This document shows, piece after piece, positions 17,560 to 26,556 of a stretch of DNA of 64,000 bases. Below the pieces are notes generated by a model. It searched no databases. It was given only the letters and a program-made list of their open reading frames with translations, and was not told the origin of the DNA. The DNA lies in IMG/VR virus record IMGVR_UViG_3300035670_010029. The stretch is one strand, 5' to 3'. A program made the translations under genes and the position numbers. Positions within the stretch are counted from its first letter, which is position 1. Each line of letters opens with the position of its first letter. This DNA comes from a virus.

Positions 17560-17979
17560 ATGGACATATATAGAATTACTGATGTTGATAAATTTATAGA
17601 AGCCACAAGAGTTTTGGTTTACAATAACTTTGATACGTCCAAAGACGCTAATATAAATTTGTCTACTACAACAATAAATAGCCTAAGCAAAGAAGAACAA
17701 AAGGAAATAGATGAAATCTTAACGCATCAAGAATCTATGTCCATATTTCTGGAGTTTTGTAAAACTAAAACTAACAAAAAAAAGATACAAGAATACTATA
17801 TATCAGAAAAAAAATATTTGGCATTTATTGAATCTCTTAATGCTAGGATGGTTAGTAATATGTTGAGCAATATGGTGAGGCTTGGTGTTATTGAGTCTGC
17901 TTTTGATAGCGAGGCCAATGACTTTGTTTTTTGGGTTAAAGAAGATGAAAACAAAAGCAAGAAAAATAAAAAATCTTAA
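17560..17979 (+). CDS. hypothetical protein, paralog of 1378..1749
   Basis: IYRITDVD..GVIESAFDSEANDFVFW. Confidence 0.7.
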   Translation: MDIYRITDVDKFIEATRVLVYNNFDTSKDANINLSTTTINSLSKEEQKEIDEILTHQESMSIFLEFCKTKTNKKKIQEYYISEKKYLAFIESLNARMVSNMLSNMVRLGVIESAFDSEANDFVFWVKEDENKSKKNKKS

Positions 17980-18355
17980 GCCAGTATCATTGGATGCTTA
18001 TCTGGAATATAAGTGTCCAGAATGTGGTATTTCTCACTGGCTTTCTTTAAAAGAATCACAAACAAAAGGATTCAAGATTGTTTGTGTATGCGATACTATT
18101 TTCATGGTTAAACCCATAGAAGATATCCGCATAAGCTATAAAGAACAAGAAAAAATTAACTCAGTTAAAACTGAAGACAAAGCAAACAAAGATGATTATT
18201 ATGTAAAATGTTTGAAAGTATTATCTCAATATGGTTTTAGTGAAGACGAGATGGGAGATATAATCAAGCAAACTATTGCATCATCTAGTGACGATAATGA
18301 TATTGTGAGTATTGTAAAAATTTGTATACAAAAATTTGGAGAACAAAATGGCTAA
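17945..18355 (+). CDS. zinc-ribbon protein with RuvA domain III-like C-terminus
   Basis: CPEC..CVC; LKVLSQYGFSEDE..IVKICIQK; directly upstream of ruvB. Confidence 0.55.
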   Translation: MKTKARKIKNLKPVSLDAYLEYKCPECGISHWLSLKESQTKGFKIVCVCDTIFMVKPIEDIRISYKEQEKINSVKTEDKANKDDYYVKCLKVLSQYGFSEDEMGDIIKQTIASSSDDNDIVSIVKICIQKFGEQNG

Positions 18356-19241
18356 CTATATTAGGCCTTCTAGTTTCGATGACATAGTTGGGCAGTCTGA
18401 GGTCGTAAACAGACTCAGGATCGTTGTGGCTGGTTGTTTAGATGGTTCGTCCGTCATGCCTCACGTTTTAATAGACGGCCCACCGGGGCTTGGTAAGACC
18501 ACTATAGCAAGTGCGTTGGCTACAGAACTGAATGTCAATTTGTATACCATCAACGGAGCGAATATCAGAGGCGTTAAAAACATTCTGCCCTATCTTATGG
18601 GGCTGGCGCCAAGATCTGTACTTTTTATAGACGAAATACATAGATTACCAAAGGTAGTAGAAGAATTTTTATATCCTGTTATGGAAGACTTTGTTCTTTC
18701 TATGGTTATTGAAAATCAACCGGAAACCATAGACCTACCTATGTTTACTTTGGTTGGTGCTACAACCAGTGGAGGTAGTTTAAGTCAGCCTTTTTATGAT
18801 AGATTTCAAATTAAAGAGCACTTGAATTTTTATACACCAGAAGAACTAGCTAAACTAGCAAGGTCAAATACTGATAAGATGGGACTGTCCTTGACGGAAG
18901 ATGATTTGGTTGAAATTGCAAAAAGGAGCAAAGGCACTCCTAGAATCTTAAATGCTAGATTGTCTTGGTATAAAAGCTATACTGCTTTCCATAAAACAAA
19001 AAAGCCATCTATAGACGAGGTGTTTGATAATCAGGGAATAGACGATAAAGGTTTAGATATTTATGACAGAATGTATCTTGATGTATTGAAGAAAAATAGA
19101 ATGAATCCACTTGGTCTTAAAAGTATATCTTCTTTGACCGGTATTGCTGTAGAGACTATAGAAAACAGTATTGAACCCTTTTTGATTCGTATGGGGTATA
19201 TTATTAGAACACCCAAGGGTAGGATTATAGGCCATGTTTAA
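18348..19241 (+). CDS. ruvB: Holliday junction branch migration ATPase RuvB
   Basis: RPSSFDDIVGQ, GPPGLGKTT, FIDEIHRL, LYPVMED, GATT, GTPR, EPFL, RTPKGR. Confidence 0.95.
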   Translation: MANYIRPSSFDDIVGQSEVVNRLRIVVAGCLDGSSVMPHVLIDGPPGLGKTTIASALATELNVNLYTINGANIRGVKNILPYLMGLAPRSVLFIDEIHRLPKVVEEFLYPVMEDFVLSMVIENQPETIDLPMFTLVGATTSGGSLSQPFYDRFQIKEHLNFYTPEELAKLARSNTDKMGLSLTEDDLVEIAKRSKGTPRILNARLSWYKSYTAFHKTKKPSIDEVFDNQGIDDKGLDIYDRMYLDVLKKNRMNPLGLKSISSLTGIAVETIENSIEPFLIRMGYIIRTPKGRIIGHV

Positions 19242-19626
19242 AAAATTACTGTTAATTACTGCAGCAATAGCTCTTATGTTTGGTAGTAGTCAAGCATACT
19301 GTAAGCCCCCTGCGTTTGTAGATACGCCTGAAGATGCTTTTGCTTTATCAGAAGGTCTTGATCTAGACGTTTTGCTGATATTTACTGCATCGTGGTGTCA
19401 GTCTTGTGTTGTGATGAAAAATGATTTAAACAACAATTTGTCAGTAATAGATGATATGATTGTTTGTTACGTAGATCATGACAATAGACAGGACATGGTA
19501 AAGGAATATCAGGTCAGGGTTTTGCCAACATATTTTGTTTATAGGAAGAAAAAAGAACTTAAAAAAGCCATAGGATATAAGGGTTTATCCAAATTCAAGA
19601 CATGGCTTAATAATGATAGACAATAA
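19234..19626 (+). CDS. exported thioredoxin-like protein
   Basis: signal peptide; FTASWCQSC; VLPT. Confidence 0.8.
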   Translation: MFKKLLLITAAIALMFGSSQAYCKPPAFVDTPEDAFALSEGLDLDVLLIFTASWCQSCVVMKNDLNNNLSVIDDMIVCYVDHDNRQDMVKEYQVRVLPTYFVYRKKKELKKAIGYKGLSKFKTWLNNDRQ

Positions 19627-19930
19627 TGTTATATATGTTTTTTTGTCTTTAATTGTATCTTATTTTATTGTCTTCGGTATCGGTCTGTTTTTGGGGCATA
19701 AGTGCTATCCCAAGGGTGTATCTAATAATAGTCATATTGGTTTTTTGAAAGCCAATAGTCAACACCAAGACCAAAACTCTTCAAAACCATTGGCTATAGA
19801 TGACAGGAAAGTTGTCTTGGGTTTAGGTACAGATGGTTTACAAAAAAAATATGATCAATTAGGCGAAACACAAAAAACAAAAGAAGATATTTCTTCTTCT
19901 ATTAATAAACTGAAAAACATGAAAGGATAA
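19613..19930 (+). CDS. single-pass membrane protein
   Basis: N-terminal TM; immediately upstream of the actin-like gene. Confidence 0.65.
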   Translation: MIDNNVIYVFLSLIVSYFIVFGIGLFLGHKCYPKGVSNNSHIGFLKANSQHQDQNSSKPLAIDDRKVVLGLGTDGLQKKYDQLGETQKTKEDISSSINKLKNMKG

Positions 19931-19935
19931 ACATA

Positions 19936-20940
19936 ATGTCAAAAGGCTTAGATGTAGGAACTTCTTATATAGTTTTAGCAAAACAAGATAACGATTCTAT
20001 AGAGTACAAAGATTTTAGGGATGCTTTTTATGTTATTAAGCCAACAACTCCGGTAGCATCGAAAATGATAGAGAAAGGACTAGCAGGAAAAATATTTATC
20101 AAAGATAATGACGGATCTTTTATTGTTATAGGTAAAGATGCTATCGAAAAAGCCGTAGAAAGAAACGATACTGCAAGACGGCCCATGTATAGAGGCGTTG
20201 TATCGGTTAAAGAAAAAGAAGCAAAAAGAATACTTGCTTTTATACTCAAAGAAGTTGTTGGAGAAGCTGCTGTACAAGGAGAGAAATTAGTTTTCTGTGT
20301 TCCTGCACAACCAGTAGATCAAGAGGATGACGATTTTGATGTCGGATACCACGAAGATGTTGTTAAGGCAATTTTATCAGAGGTAGGATACGACGCAAGA
20401 TCAGTTAATGAAGCGGAGGCGTTATGCTATGCTGAACTTGAGGGTGATGATTATACTGGTATTGGCATTAGTTGTGGTGCTGGTATGACCAATGTTTGTG
20501 TTATGCTTAATGGAGAACCCACCGTAGTATTTAGCACAACAAAGTCTGGCGATTGGGTTGACAGAATGAGCGCCGTAGCCACTGGAGAGCCTGACAGTGT
20601 TGTACAAGTAGAGAAAGAAGGCGGTTCTTTTAAGGTTGGCGAACCTAATGATAATCCGGTTTTAAGTGCAGTATCATCATATTATGAAAGACTTATTGAG
20701 TATACAGCAAAGCAATTATGTGTTGCTCTGACTGGACACAAATCATTGCCCAAATTTAAAAATCCTATCAAGATAGTGGTTGCAGGAGGTACCTCCAAAG
20801 CTGATGGGTATATCGAAAAGTTGCAAGAAAAATTATTAGAAGCTAAGTTTCCTCTTGAAATTCAAGTAGTCCAGCACTCTGCGGACCCCCTTCATTCTGT
20901 GGCGAAAGGTTGTTTAATAGCAGCATCTATTCTGGATTAA
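19936..20940 (+). CDS. actin-family (ASKHA) ATPase, volactin-like
   Basis: GLDVGTS phosphate 1, NEAEA connect 1, GAGMTN phosphate 2, VAGGTS adenosine motif, VAKG connect 2. Confidence 0.85.
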   Translation: MSKGLDVGTSYIVLAKQDNDSIEYKDFRDAFYVIKPTTPVASKMIEKGLAGKIFIKDNDGSFIVIGKDAIEKAVERNDTARRPMYRGVVSVKEKEAKRILAFILKEVVGEAAVQGEKLVFCVPAQPVDQEDDDFDVGYHEDVVKAILSEVGYDARSVNEAEALCYAELEGDDYTGIGISCGAGMTNVCVMLNGEPTVVFSTTKSGDWVDRMSAVATGEPDSVVQVEKEGGSFKVGEPNDNPVLSAVSSYYERLIEYTAKQLCVALTGHKSLPKFKNPIKIVVAGGTSKADGYIEKLQEKLLEAKFPLEIQVVQHSADPLHSVAKGCLIAASILD

Positions 20941-20944
20941 AGAG

Positions 20945-21391
20945 ATGAACGAAAGCAAAATTCTCTATACCGGTGGTACGTTCGATCTGTTTCACTATGG
21001 ACATATTTCTTTTTTGAAGCAATGTTATACTGTTTGTCCTAATATTATAGTTTCTCTAAATACAGATGAATTTGTTTTAAAATACAAAAATAAATCACCT
21101 ATAATGACATACGAGGAAAGAGAAATTTCTTTGCTAGAATGTAAATATGTTAGTAAGGTGATACCGAATGTATTTGGAGAAGACAGTAAAAGAACTATAC
21201 TAAGCATAAGTCCTGATTTTATAGCCGTAGGCGACGATTGGTGTCGCAAGGATTATTACAAGCAAATGAATTTTACCAAAGAATGGCTAGAGAGTCAAGG
21301 AATAGTTCTTTTATACATTCCATATACAGACATAATAAGTACATCATCTATTATAAATAGAATATTAAGCAGAAAGTCGCGAGATGAATAA
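20945..21391 (+). CDS. cytidylyltransferase (TagD/RfaE-type)
   Basis: GTFDLFHYGH, VGDDW, ISTSSI. Confidence 0.9.
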   Translation: MNESKILYTGGTFDLFHYGHISFLKQCYTVCPNIIVSLNTDEFVLKYKNKSPIMTYEEREISLLECKYVSKVIPNVFGEDSKRTILSISPDFIAVGDDWCRKDYYKQMNFTKEWLESQGIVLLYIPYTDIISTSSIINRILSRKSRDE

Positions 21392-22040
21392 TTTTGTGTT
21401 TGTAATATGCAGTAAGGAGTGTGACTATATTCCTGAGTGCGTAGATAAAATAAGAAAAATATACACAAACGATATAATAATTGTGGATTCAAATTCAATT
21501 AATGGTGGATGTCTAAGGGAGTTACAAAAAAAATATACTAATGTAACTATACATCCAGAAAAAAATTGTAATTATGAATATGGGGCTTGGGTAAAAGCTT
21601 TTAATAAATATCAAAACAAGTATGAGGCATATATTTTTATGCAGGATAGCGTTTTCTTGGAGAAAGCATTTGATTTTAAAGAACTAAAAGAAGATTCTGT
21701 ATTAGTATTGCACTATAATGACAGTGGCTGGAACTGGGATCCAGAAGCAAAAACAAGATTTGTTAATAAATATAAAACAGTCCCAGTAATATCAGATACT
21801 ATTAATATAACCCCTGTTCCTATGTGCATATGGAACTCTTTTATTGTTAGAACAGATACATTTACTAAAATTATTAATTCAGAAATTTTTAAGGCAGTTA
21901 TGCCTCCAATTGATAAGGTAGAGTCGAGAATGTGGGAGAGATTATGGTCTATCATTATCAAGTCTAATGATATAAAAATACTCCCTATTACTGATCCTTA
22001 TCCTAAAACAGTAACTAAAAAAGAGGGTGGAAGAAAGTAA
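21384..22040 (+). CDS. glycosyltransferase-like protein (GT-A)
   Basis: IIIVDSNS, YEYGA, FMQDS, ERLW. Confidence 0.6.
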   Translation: MNNFVFVICSKECDYIPECVDKIRKIYTNDIIIVDSNSINGGCLRELQKKYTNVTIHPEKNCNYEYGAWVKAFNKYQNKYEAYIFMQDSVFLEKAFDFKELKEDSVLVLHYNDSGWNWDPEAKTRFVNKYKTVPVISDTINITPVPMCIWNSFIVRTDTFTKIINSEIFKAVMPPIDKVESRMWERLWSIIIKSNDIKILPITDPYPKTVTKKEGGRK

Positions 22041-22042
22041 AG

Positions 22043-22351
22043 ATGTGGTTTTTTAATAAAGAAATACGTTTTGCCAAAAGGTCGAAGGACTGGCCGGCTT
22101 TGCGTCAAAAACATCTATCTGAGCAGCCCTGCTGTGCTGCATGTGGCTCGTGTTTAAAGCCAGAGGTTCATCATATAGTCCCAGTACATTTAGATCACTC
22201 TAGGGAGCTAGATCCTGATAATTTAATTACATTGTGTGATAAATATTGTCATTTTGTGTTTGGTCATTTGATGAACTACAGAAGTTGGAATATTGACATA
22301 ATAAAAGACGCAAAGGTGTATAATGATAAGTTAAAAAATAGACCTCCATAG
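22043..22351 (+). CDS. small HNH endonuclease
   Basis: CAACG..EVHHIVP..NLITLC..CH. Confidence 0.85.
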   Translation: MWFFNKEIRFAKRSKDWPALRQKHLSEQPCCAACGSCLKPEVHHIVPVHLDHSRELDPDNLITLCDKYCHFVFGHLMNYRSWNIDIIKDAKVYNDKLKNRPP

Positions 22352-22367
22352 GATAAAGGAGGACGAT

Positions 22368-23159
22368 ATGCTTATCAGATATGTAATATTATGTCTTTGT
22401 TTTTTCTTTTCTAGTACCGTCTATTCTGGTACTATAGATCCGTCAAATAATGATGAGGATTATATCGCCTATGGAAATAAACATAAATGTGTTTTGCCTA
22501 TTGAAGGAATTATCAAATTAAATGTACCTCATGAAGACGGAAGCAAGACAATTAGTGCTAAATATACGGCATCATGTGTTGCAATAGCTCCTAAATGGGT
22601 GGTAACAGCTGCTCATGTAATAAAAGATACCGACTCTAGATTTGTAGTTTCTGGGGATAAGAAAATAGAGGTGATGGTAGGTATAATACCTGAAAATTTT
22701 GATGACAATATAGTTGGTAAAAACGATATAGCTTTATGCTATTTAGACAAGCCATTAGACTTAGATTTTTATCCAGAATTATACGGTGGTGTTGACGAAG
22801 TTGGTAAAATATCTAGTCAAGCTGGATACGGAGCTACTGGTACTTTTCATACTGGAATGACAAAAAATGACGGTATTAAAAGGGCTGGTTCTAATACAGT
22901 CGATGAAATAGAAAAAGATATGCTTATATGTTCCATACATAGGGGTAAAAAAACATCTTTAGAATTTTTAATAGCTAAAGGAGATAGTGGGGGAGGTTTA
23001 TTCATTGATAAAAAATTAGCTGGTATACATTCTTGTGTTTTTTCTGATGACGGGAGTCCTAATTCTGATTATGGAGATACTAGTGGGCATACAAGAATTA
23101 GTGTATTCAACAAATGGATACAAGAAACTATTAAAGCCATAGAAAGTTTAGATGAATAG
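22368..23159 (+). CDS. exported trypsin-like (S1) serine protease
   Basis: signal peptide; TAAH, NDIAL, GDSGG. Confidence 0.9.
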   Translation: MLIRYVILCLCFFFSSTVYSGTIDPSNNDEDYIAYGNKHKCVLPIEGIIKLNVPHEDGSKTISAKYTASCVAIAPKWVVTAAHVIKDTDSRFVVSGDKKIEVMVGIIPENFDDNIVGKNDIALCYLDKPLDLDFYPELYGGVDEVGKISSQAGYGATGTFHTGMTKNDGIKRAGSNTVDEIEKDMLICSIHRGKKTSLEFLIAKGDSGGGLFIDKKLAGIHSCVFSDDGSPNSDYGDTSGHTRISVFNKWIQETIKAIESLDE

Positions 23160-24060
23160 AAAAAGAGACAGATGCGGCCTTTTACCTCATAAAAAAGAAC
23201 TTTTACATGGGCTGTCAGTTAATGCTGGTCAATTTTTAAGTTGGCCTATTAAAATGTTTAATGTCGAAAGAGCCTGGGATTTTTCTCAGGGAGAAGGTGT
23301 GGTTGTAGGAGTTATAGATACAGGATGTGATTTAAATCATGAAGATCTAAAGCATAGTTATGTTGATGGATATAATTTTGTTGAGCGTAATAATTATCCT
23401 CAAGATAAAAATGGACATGGTACTCATGTGGCCGGTACAGTCGCTGCGTCGAATAACAGCGTAGGCATGGTGGGGATTGCTCCAAATGCAAAAATTATGC
23501 CATTAAAAGCACTATCAGACAATGGATATGGTTCAAATATTGATGTTGCTAATGCCGTTGTTTGGGCCGCTGATCATGGAGCAAATATATTAACAATGTC
23601 TCTTGGATCAGAGTTCCCTTTCGGACCACTAGAAAAAGCAATCAATTATGCGACATCAAAAGGAGTCATAGTATTTTGTGCCGCTGGTAATAGCGGAATA
23701 GACAGCGACATACAGTATCCTGCAAAATACGATAACTCTATTAGTATTGGTGCAGTAGATAGGGGTCTTAACGTTTGTTCTTTTAGTTGTTCTGGCGAAT
23801 CACTAGAATTTTTAGCTCCTGGGGATGATATAATAAGCGCCACCCCTAATAATACATATAGCACAATGAGCGGTACTAGCATGGCAACACCCTTCGCGGT
23901 AGGTTGTGCGGCACTTCTTCTTAGTAGATCACGCAGACCTATTGACAGAAATGAGTGTGTGAGTATACTTAGTAGATCGACGAGAAAACTCACCCAACCG
24001 CAGTACAAGGGAGATAAGAAATACGAGGGATATGGAATAGTTCAGCCTATAATATCTTAA
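23152..24060 (+). CDS. subtilisin-like (S8) serine protease
   Basis: IDTG, HGTHVAG, AAGN, SGTSMATP. Confidence 0.95.
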   Translation: MNRKRDRCGLLPHKKELLHGLSVNAGQFLSWPIKMFNVERAWDFSQGEGVVVGVIDTGCDLNHEDLKHSYVDGYNFVERNNYPQDKNGHGTHVAGTVAASNNSVGMVGIAPNAKIMPLKALSDNGYGSNIDVANAVVWAADHGANILTMSLGSEFPFGPLEKAINYATSKGVIVFCAAGNSGIDSDIQYPAKYDNSISIGAVDRGLNVCSFSCSGESLEFLAPGDDIISATPNNTYSTMSGTSMATPFAVGCAALLLSRSRRPIDRNECVSILSRSTRKLTQPQYKGDKKYEGYGIVQPIIS

Positions 24061-24172
24061 CCCCCACCTGCATAATATATATGCTGGGAATTCTGTCAGT
24101 CAAGCTAGAAAATTTTTAATTCTTCTTCTTGACTTTCAAGACTAAGGTCATAAGATACTACTGGAGACAACG

Positions 24173-24370
24173 ATGCAAAGTGATGATAATTCAAATTTAG
24201 ACAGAAAATCTCACAGAAGAGAAAATATAAGTAGAAAAAAAACAAGACCCAAAGACTTTGATGTCTATGAAAATAGAGATCAGAATAAAATAAAAAAAGC
24301 TTTCAAGCAAAAACAAAAAGAAATATATCAGGAAGAACTTTGGGAAGAATGGCAGGATGAAATATATTGA
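24173..24370 (+). CDS. small charged hypothetical protein
   Basis: GGAG RBS; TTGACT-16 nt-TAAGAT upstream. Confidence 0.6.
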   Translation: MQSDDNSNLDRKSHRRENISRKKTRPKDFDVYENRDQNKIKKAFKQKQKEIYQEELWEEWQDEIY

Positions 24371-24623
24371 GGAATTGAAGCCTGGCGATCTTTTTTGTTA
24401 TAGTAATGAAAAATTTATTTTAACAGATATCTATAAGGCAAGAAAAAACGATAAGGTCAATCATTCTGCAATAAGCTTATTGAATGGTGCCCAAAGATGG
24501 TTTGCTGCGGATATGGTTGTCGAAAATATAGACCTTTATTACAGAGACAAAGACGGAAATATACTACTTCTAAAAGAGTTTGTAGATGAAGATAACATTT
24601 TCAAGAATAAAAACATTTCTTAA
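24357..24623 (+). CDS. hypothetical protein
   Basis: operon context. Confidence 0.6.
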   Translation: MKYIEELKPGDLFCYSNEKFILTDIYKARKNDKVNHSAISLLNGAQRWFAADMVVENIDLYYRDKDGNILLLKEFVDEDNIFKNKNIS

Positions 24624-24852
24624 ATCCTTAGCGTTTCATGTTTGGGCTGGTTTCCCTAAAGCAACGCAACAAGAAATAGACACAAGATTTGCTATTTGTC
24701 AAGACGGTTGCGAATTCTATAATAAAAACGAAGGTATCTGCATGATGTGCGGATGCAATGTTAATCGTAAAAAAATTTTTATGAACAAATTAGCATGGGC
24801 AGACCAATCTTGTCCTATTAACAAATGGACCAAGATAGAAAGACAAAAATGA
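24586..24852 (+). CDS. Cys-rich small protein
   Basis: RFAICQDGCEF..CMMCGC..CPINKW. Confidence 0.65.
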   Translation: MKITFSRIKTFLKSLAFHVWAGFPKATQQEIDTRFAICQDGCEFYNKNEGICMMCGCNVNRKKIFMNKLAWADQSCPINKWTKIERQK

Positions 24853-25427
24853 TTACTAAACATAGCTCAAAAAACACCAATAGATATCCCTATATTAACT
24901 ATATATCGAACATAGATATTTTTGACTCTGCACACCAAAGAATTACTGCTGGTCCTAACGGCTCAACAGTAATAATACCTCATGTGTGTAATAATGTTAA
25001 TGCTTTTGGAGCAGGTTTTGCTGGAGCAATAGCAAACAAGTATCCATCAGTTAAAGAAAATTATCATTTATTGGGCAATAATATGAAATTGGGCCATGTG
25101 CAATTTATATCTGTCAAAAAAGACAAAACCTATGATCATGAAATTATATTTGCTAATATGATCGCTCAAAACGGTATCATAGATTCGCATAAGAATCCTA
25201 GACCCATTAATTATGCCGCGCTTGTTCAATGTATGTTATCTGTGAAGACATATAAACAACAATTAATGCTACACAAAGATACTACTAATGTTGAAATACA
25301 TGCCCCAAAGTTTGGGAGCGGTCTGGCTGGAGGAAACTGGGATTTCATATCGTTACTTATACAAGACATTTGGTCTGATACTAATATCTCTATATATACT
25401 TTGAAACAAATTCGTAACAGAAAGTAG
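24849..25427 (+). CDS. macrodomain protein (Poa1/TARG1/DarG-like)
   Basis: HVCNNVNAFGAGFAGAI, NMIAQ, PKFGSGLAGGNW. Confidence 0.85.
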   Translation: MITKHSSKNTNRYPYINYISNIDIFDSAHQRITAGPNGSTVIIPHVCNNVNAFGAGFAGAIANKYPSVKENYHLLGNNMKLGHVQFISVKKDKTYDHEIIFANMIAQNGIIDSHKNPRPINYAALVQCMLSVKTYKQQLMLHKDTTNVEIHAPKFGSGLAGGNWDFISLLIQDIWSDTNISIYTLKQIRNRK

Positions 25428-25562
25428 TTATGTTATATTTTATGCTTTTGGGTTGTATGATACTTGGTTTGCTCGATGGTTTTAATAAGCTAAAAAATAG
25501 TTCTTCGTTTAATAAGGGTTCAAGGAATTCAACTAGTCTAGTAGACTATTTGTTTTTTAACT

Positions 25563-26096
25563 ATGAATAATAGACTGCACGATCAAAGATGTTATTTGGC
25601 CGGTGCTATGGACAGAGTGCCGGATCGAGGTGCAACATGGAGGGATCATATAACTCCATTTTTGCTTGGCTTGGGAGTGTCTGTTTTTAATCCCCTTAAA
25701 AAACCAACCAATATAGGGGCAGAAGATGCAACAGTTGCGGAATATAAAAGAAAGCTAAAAAGAGATGGCCAGTATGATCAACTTGCCAAGATCATGAAAA
25801 CTATACGTTCAGTAGATTTAAGAATGGTTGATGTTAGCGATTTTTTAATTGTCAATTTGGATCTTAATGTTCATCCATGCGGAACCCTTGAAGAAATTTT
25901 TTGGGCTAACAGACAGAAAAAACCGATCCTGATTCATATGGTACAGGGCAAAAACGAGGCACCAGATTGGTTATTTGGTACCATTCCTCACGATATGATT
26001 TTTAGCAACTGGAAAGACATGCAAGACTACTTATATAATGTTCATACATCTAGCCTAGACACTCATCTAGACAGATGGTGCTTTTTTACCAGATAA
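25563..26096 (+). CDS. nucleoside 2-deoxyribosyltransferase-like protein
   Basis: YLAGAMD, VFNP, DLRMVDVSD, GTLEE. Confidence 0.8.
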   Translation: MNNRLHDQRCYLAGAMDRVPDRGATWRDHITPFLLGLGVSVFNPLKKPTNIGAEDATVAEYKRKLKRDGQYDQLAKIMKTIRSVDLRMVDVSDFLIVNLDLNVHPCGTLEEIFWANRQKKPILIHMVQGKNEAPDWLFGTIPHDMIFSNWKDMQDYLYNVHTSSLDTHLDRWCFFTR

Positions 26097-26118
26097 TACA
26101 ATCACATAAGGTTAAATA

Positions 26119-26556
26119 ATGACAGAAAACGAAAACACAAAATTTTTCTCAAATCAAATATATTGCCAAAATTCCGATGTTCACGGCAGAGGAGTTTTTG
26201 CCAACAGATTTTTTGCTCAAGATGAGGTCATAGAAGTTTTCCCACTTGTGCCATTAGCGTTTAGAACCAGATATCAAGGAGATTTTGGTATTTTTTCGTA
26301 TTGTTTTGTTAATGATGCTTGTCCTTGCGAAGAATGTAAAAGACACGGTAATGTGATTTATTTAGGTATGGGATATAGTGCTGTATATAATCATCAAGAT
26401 GAACCTAATGCAGTAATGAATATAGATTATTCAAAACTCATCGGTACAGTTCAAGCGTCAAGAAATATAGAAAAGGACAGCGAAATTTTTATCAGATACA
26501 AACATACGGATTTATTTGCGCAAGGAAAGGTTATGCTTCATGACTCGAATAGTTGA
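26119..26556 (+). CDS. SET domain methyltransferase
   Basis: HGRGVFA, YNHQDEPNA, EIFIRY. Confidence 0.88.
   Translation: MTENENTKFFSNQIYCQNSDVHGRGVFANRFFAQDEVIEVFPLVPLAFRTRYQGDFGIFSYCFVNDACPCEECKRHGNVIYLGMGYSAVYNHQDEPNAVMNIDYSKLIGTVQASRNIEKDSEIFIRYKHTDLFAQGKVMLHDSNS

Noticed and set aside
22293-22324. TTGACA..TATAAT upstream of the trypsin-like gene
   Set aside because: The 20-nt spacer is too long; the GGTGTAT motif explains the site better.
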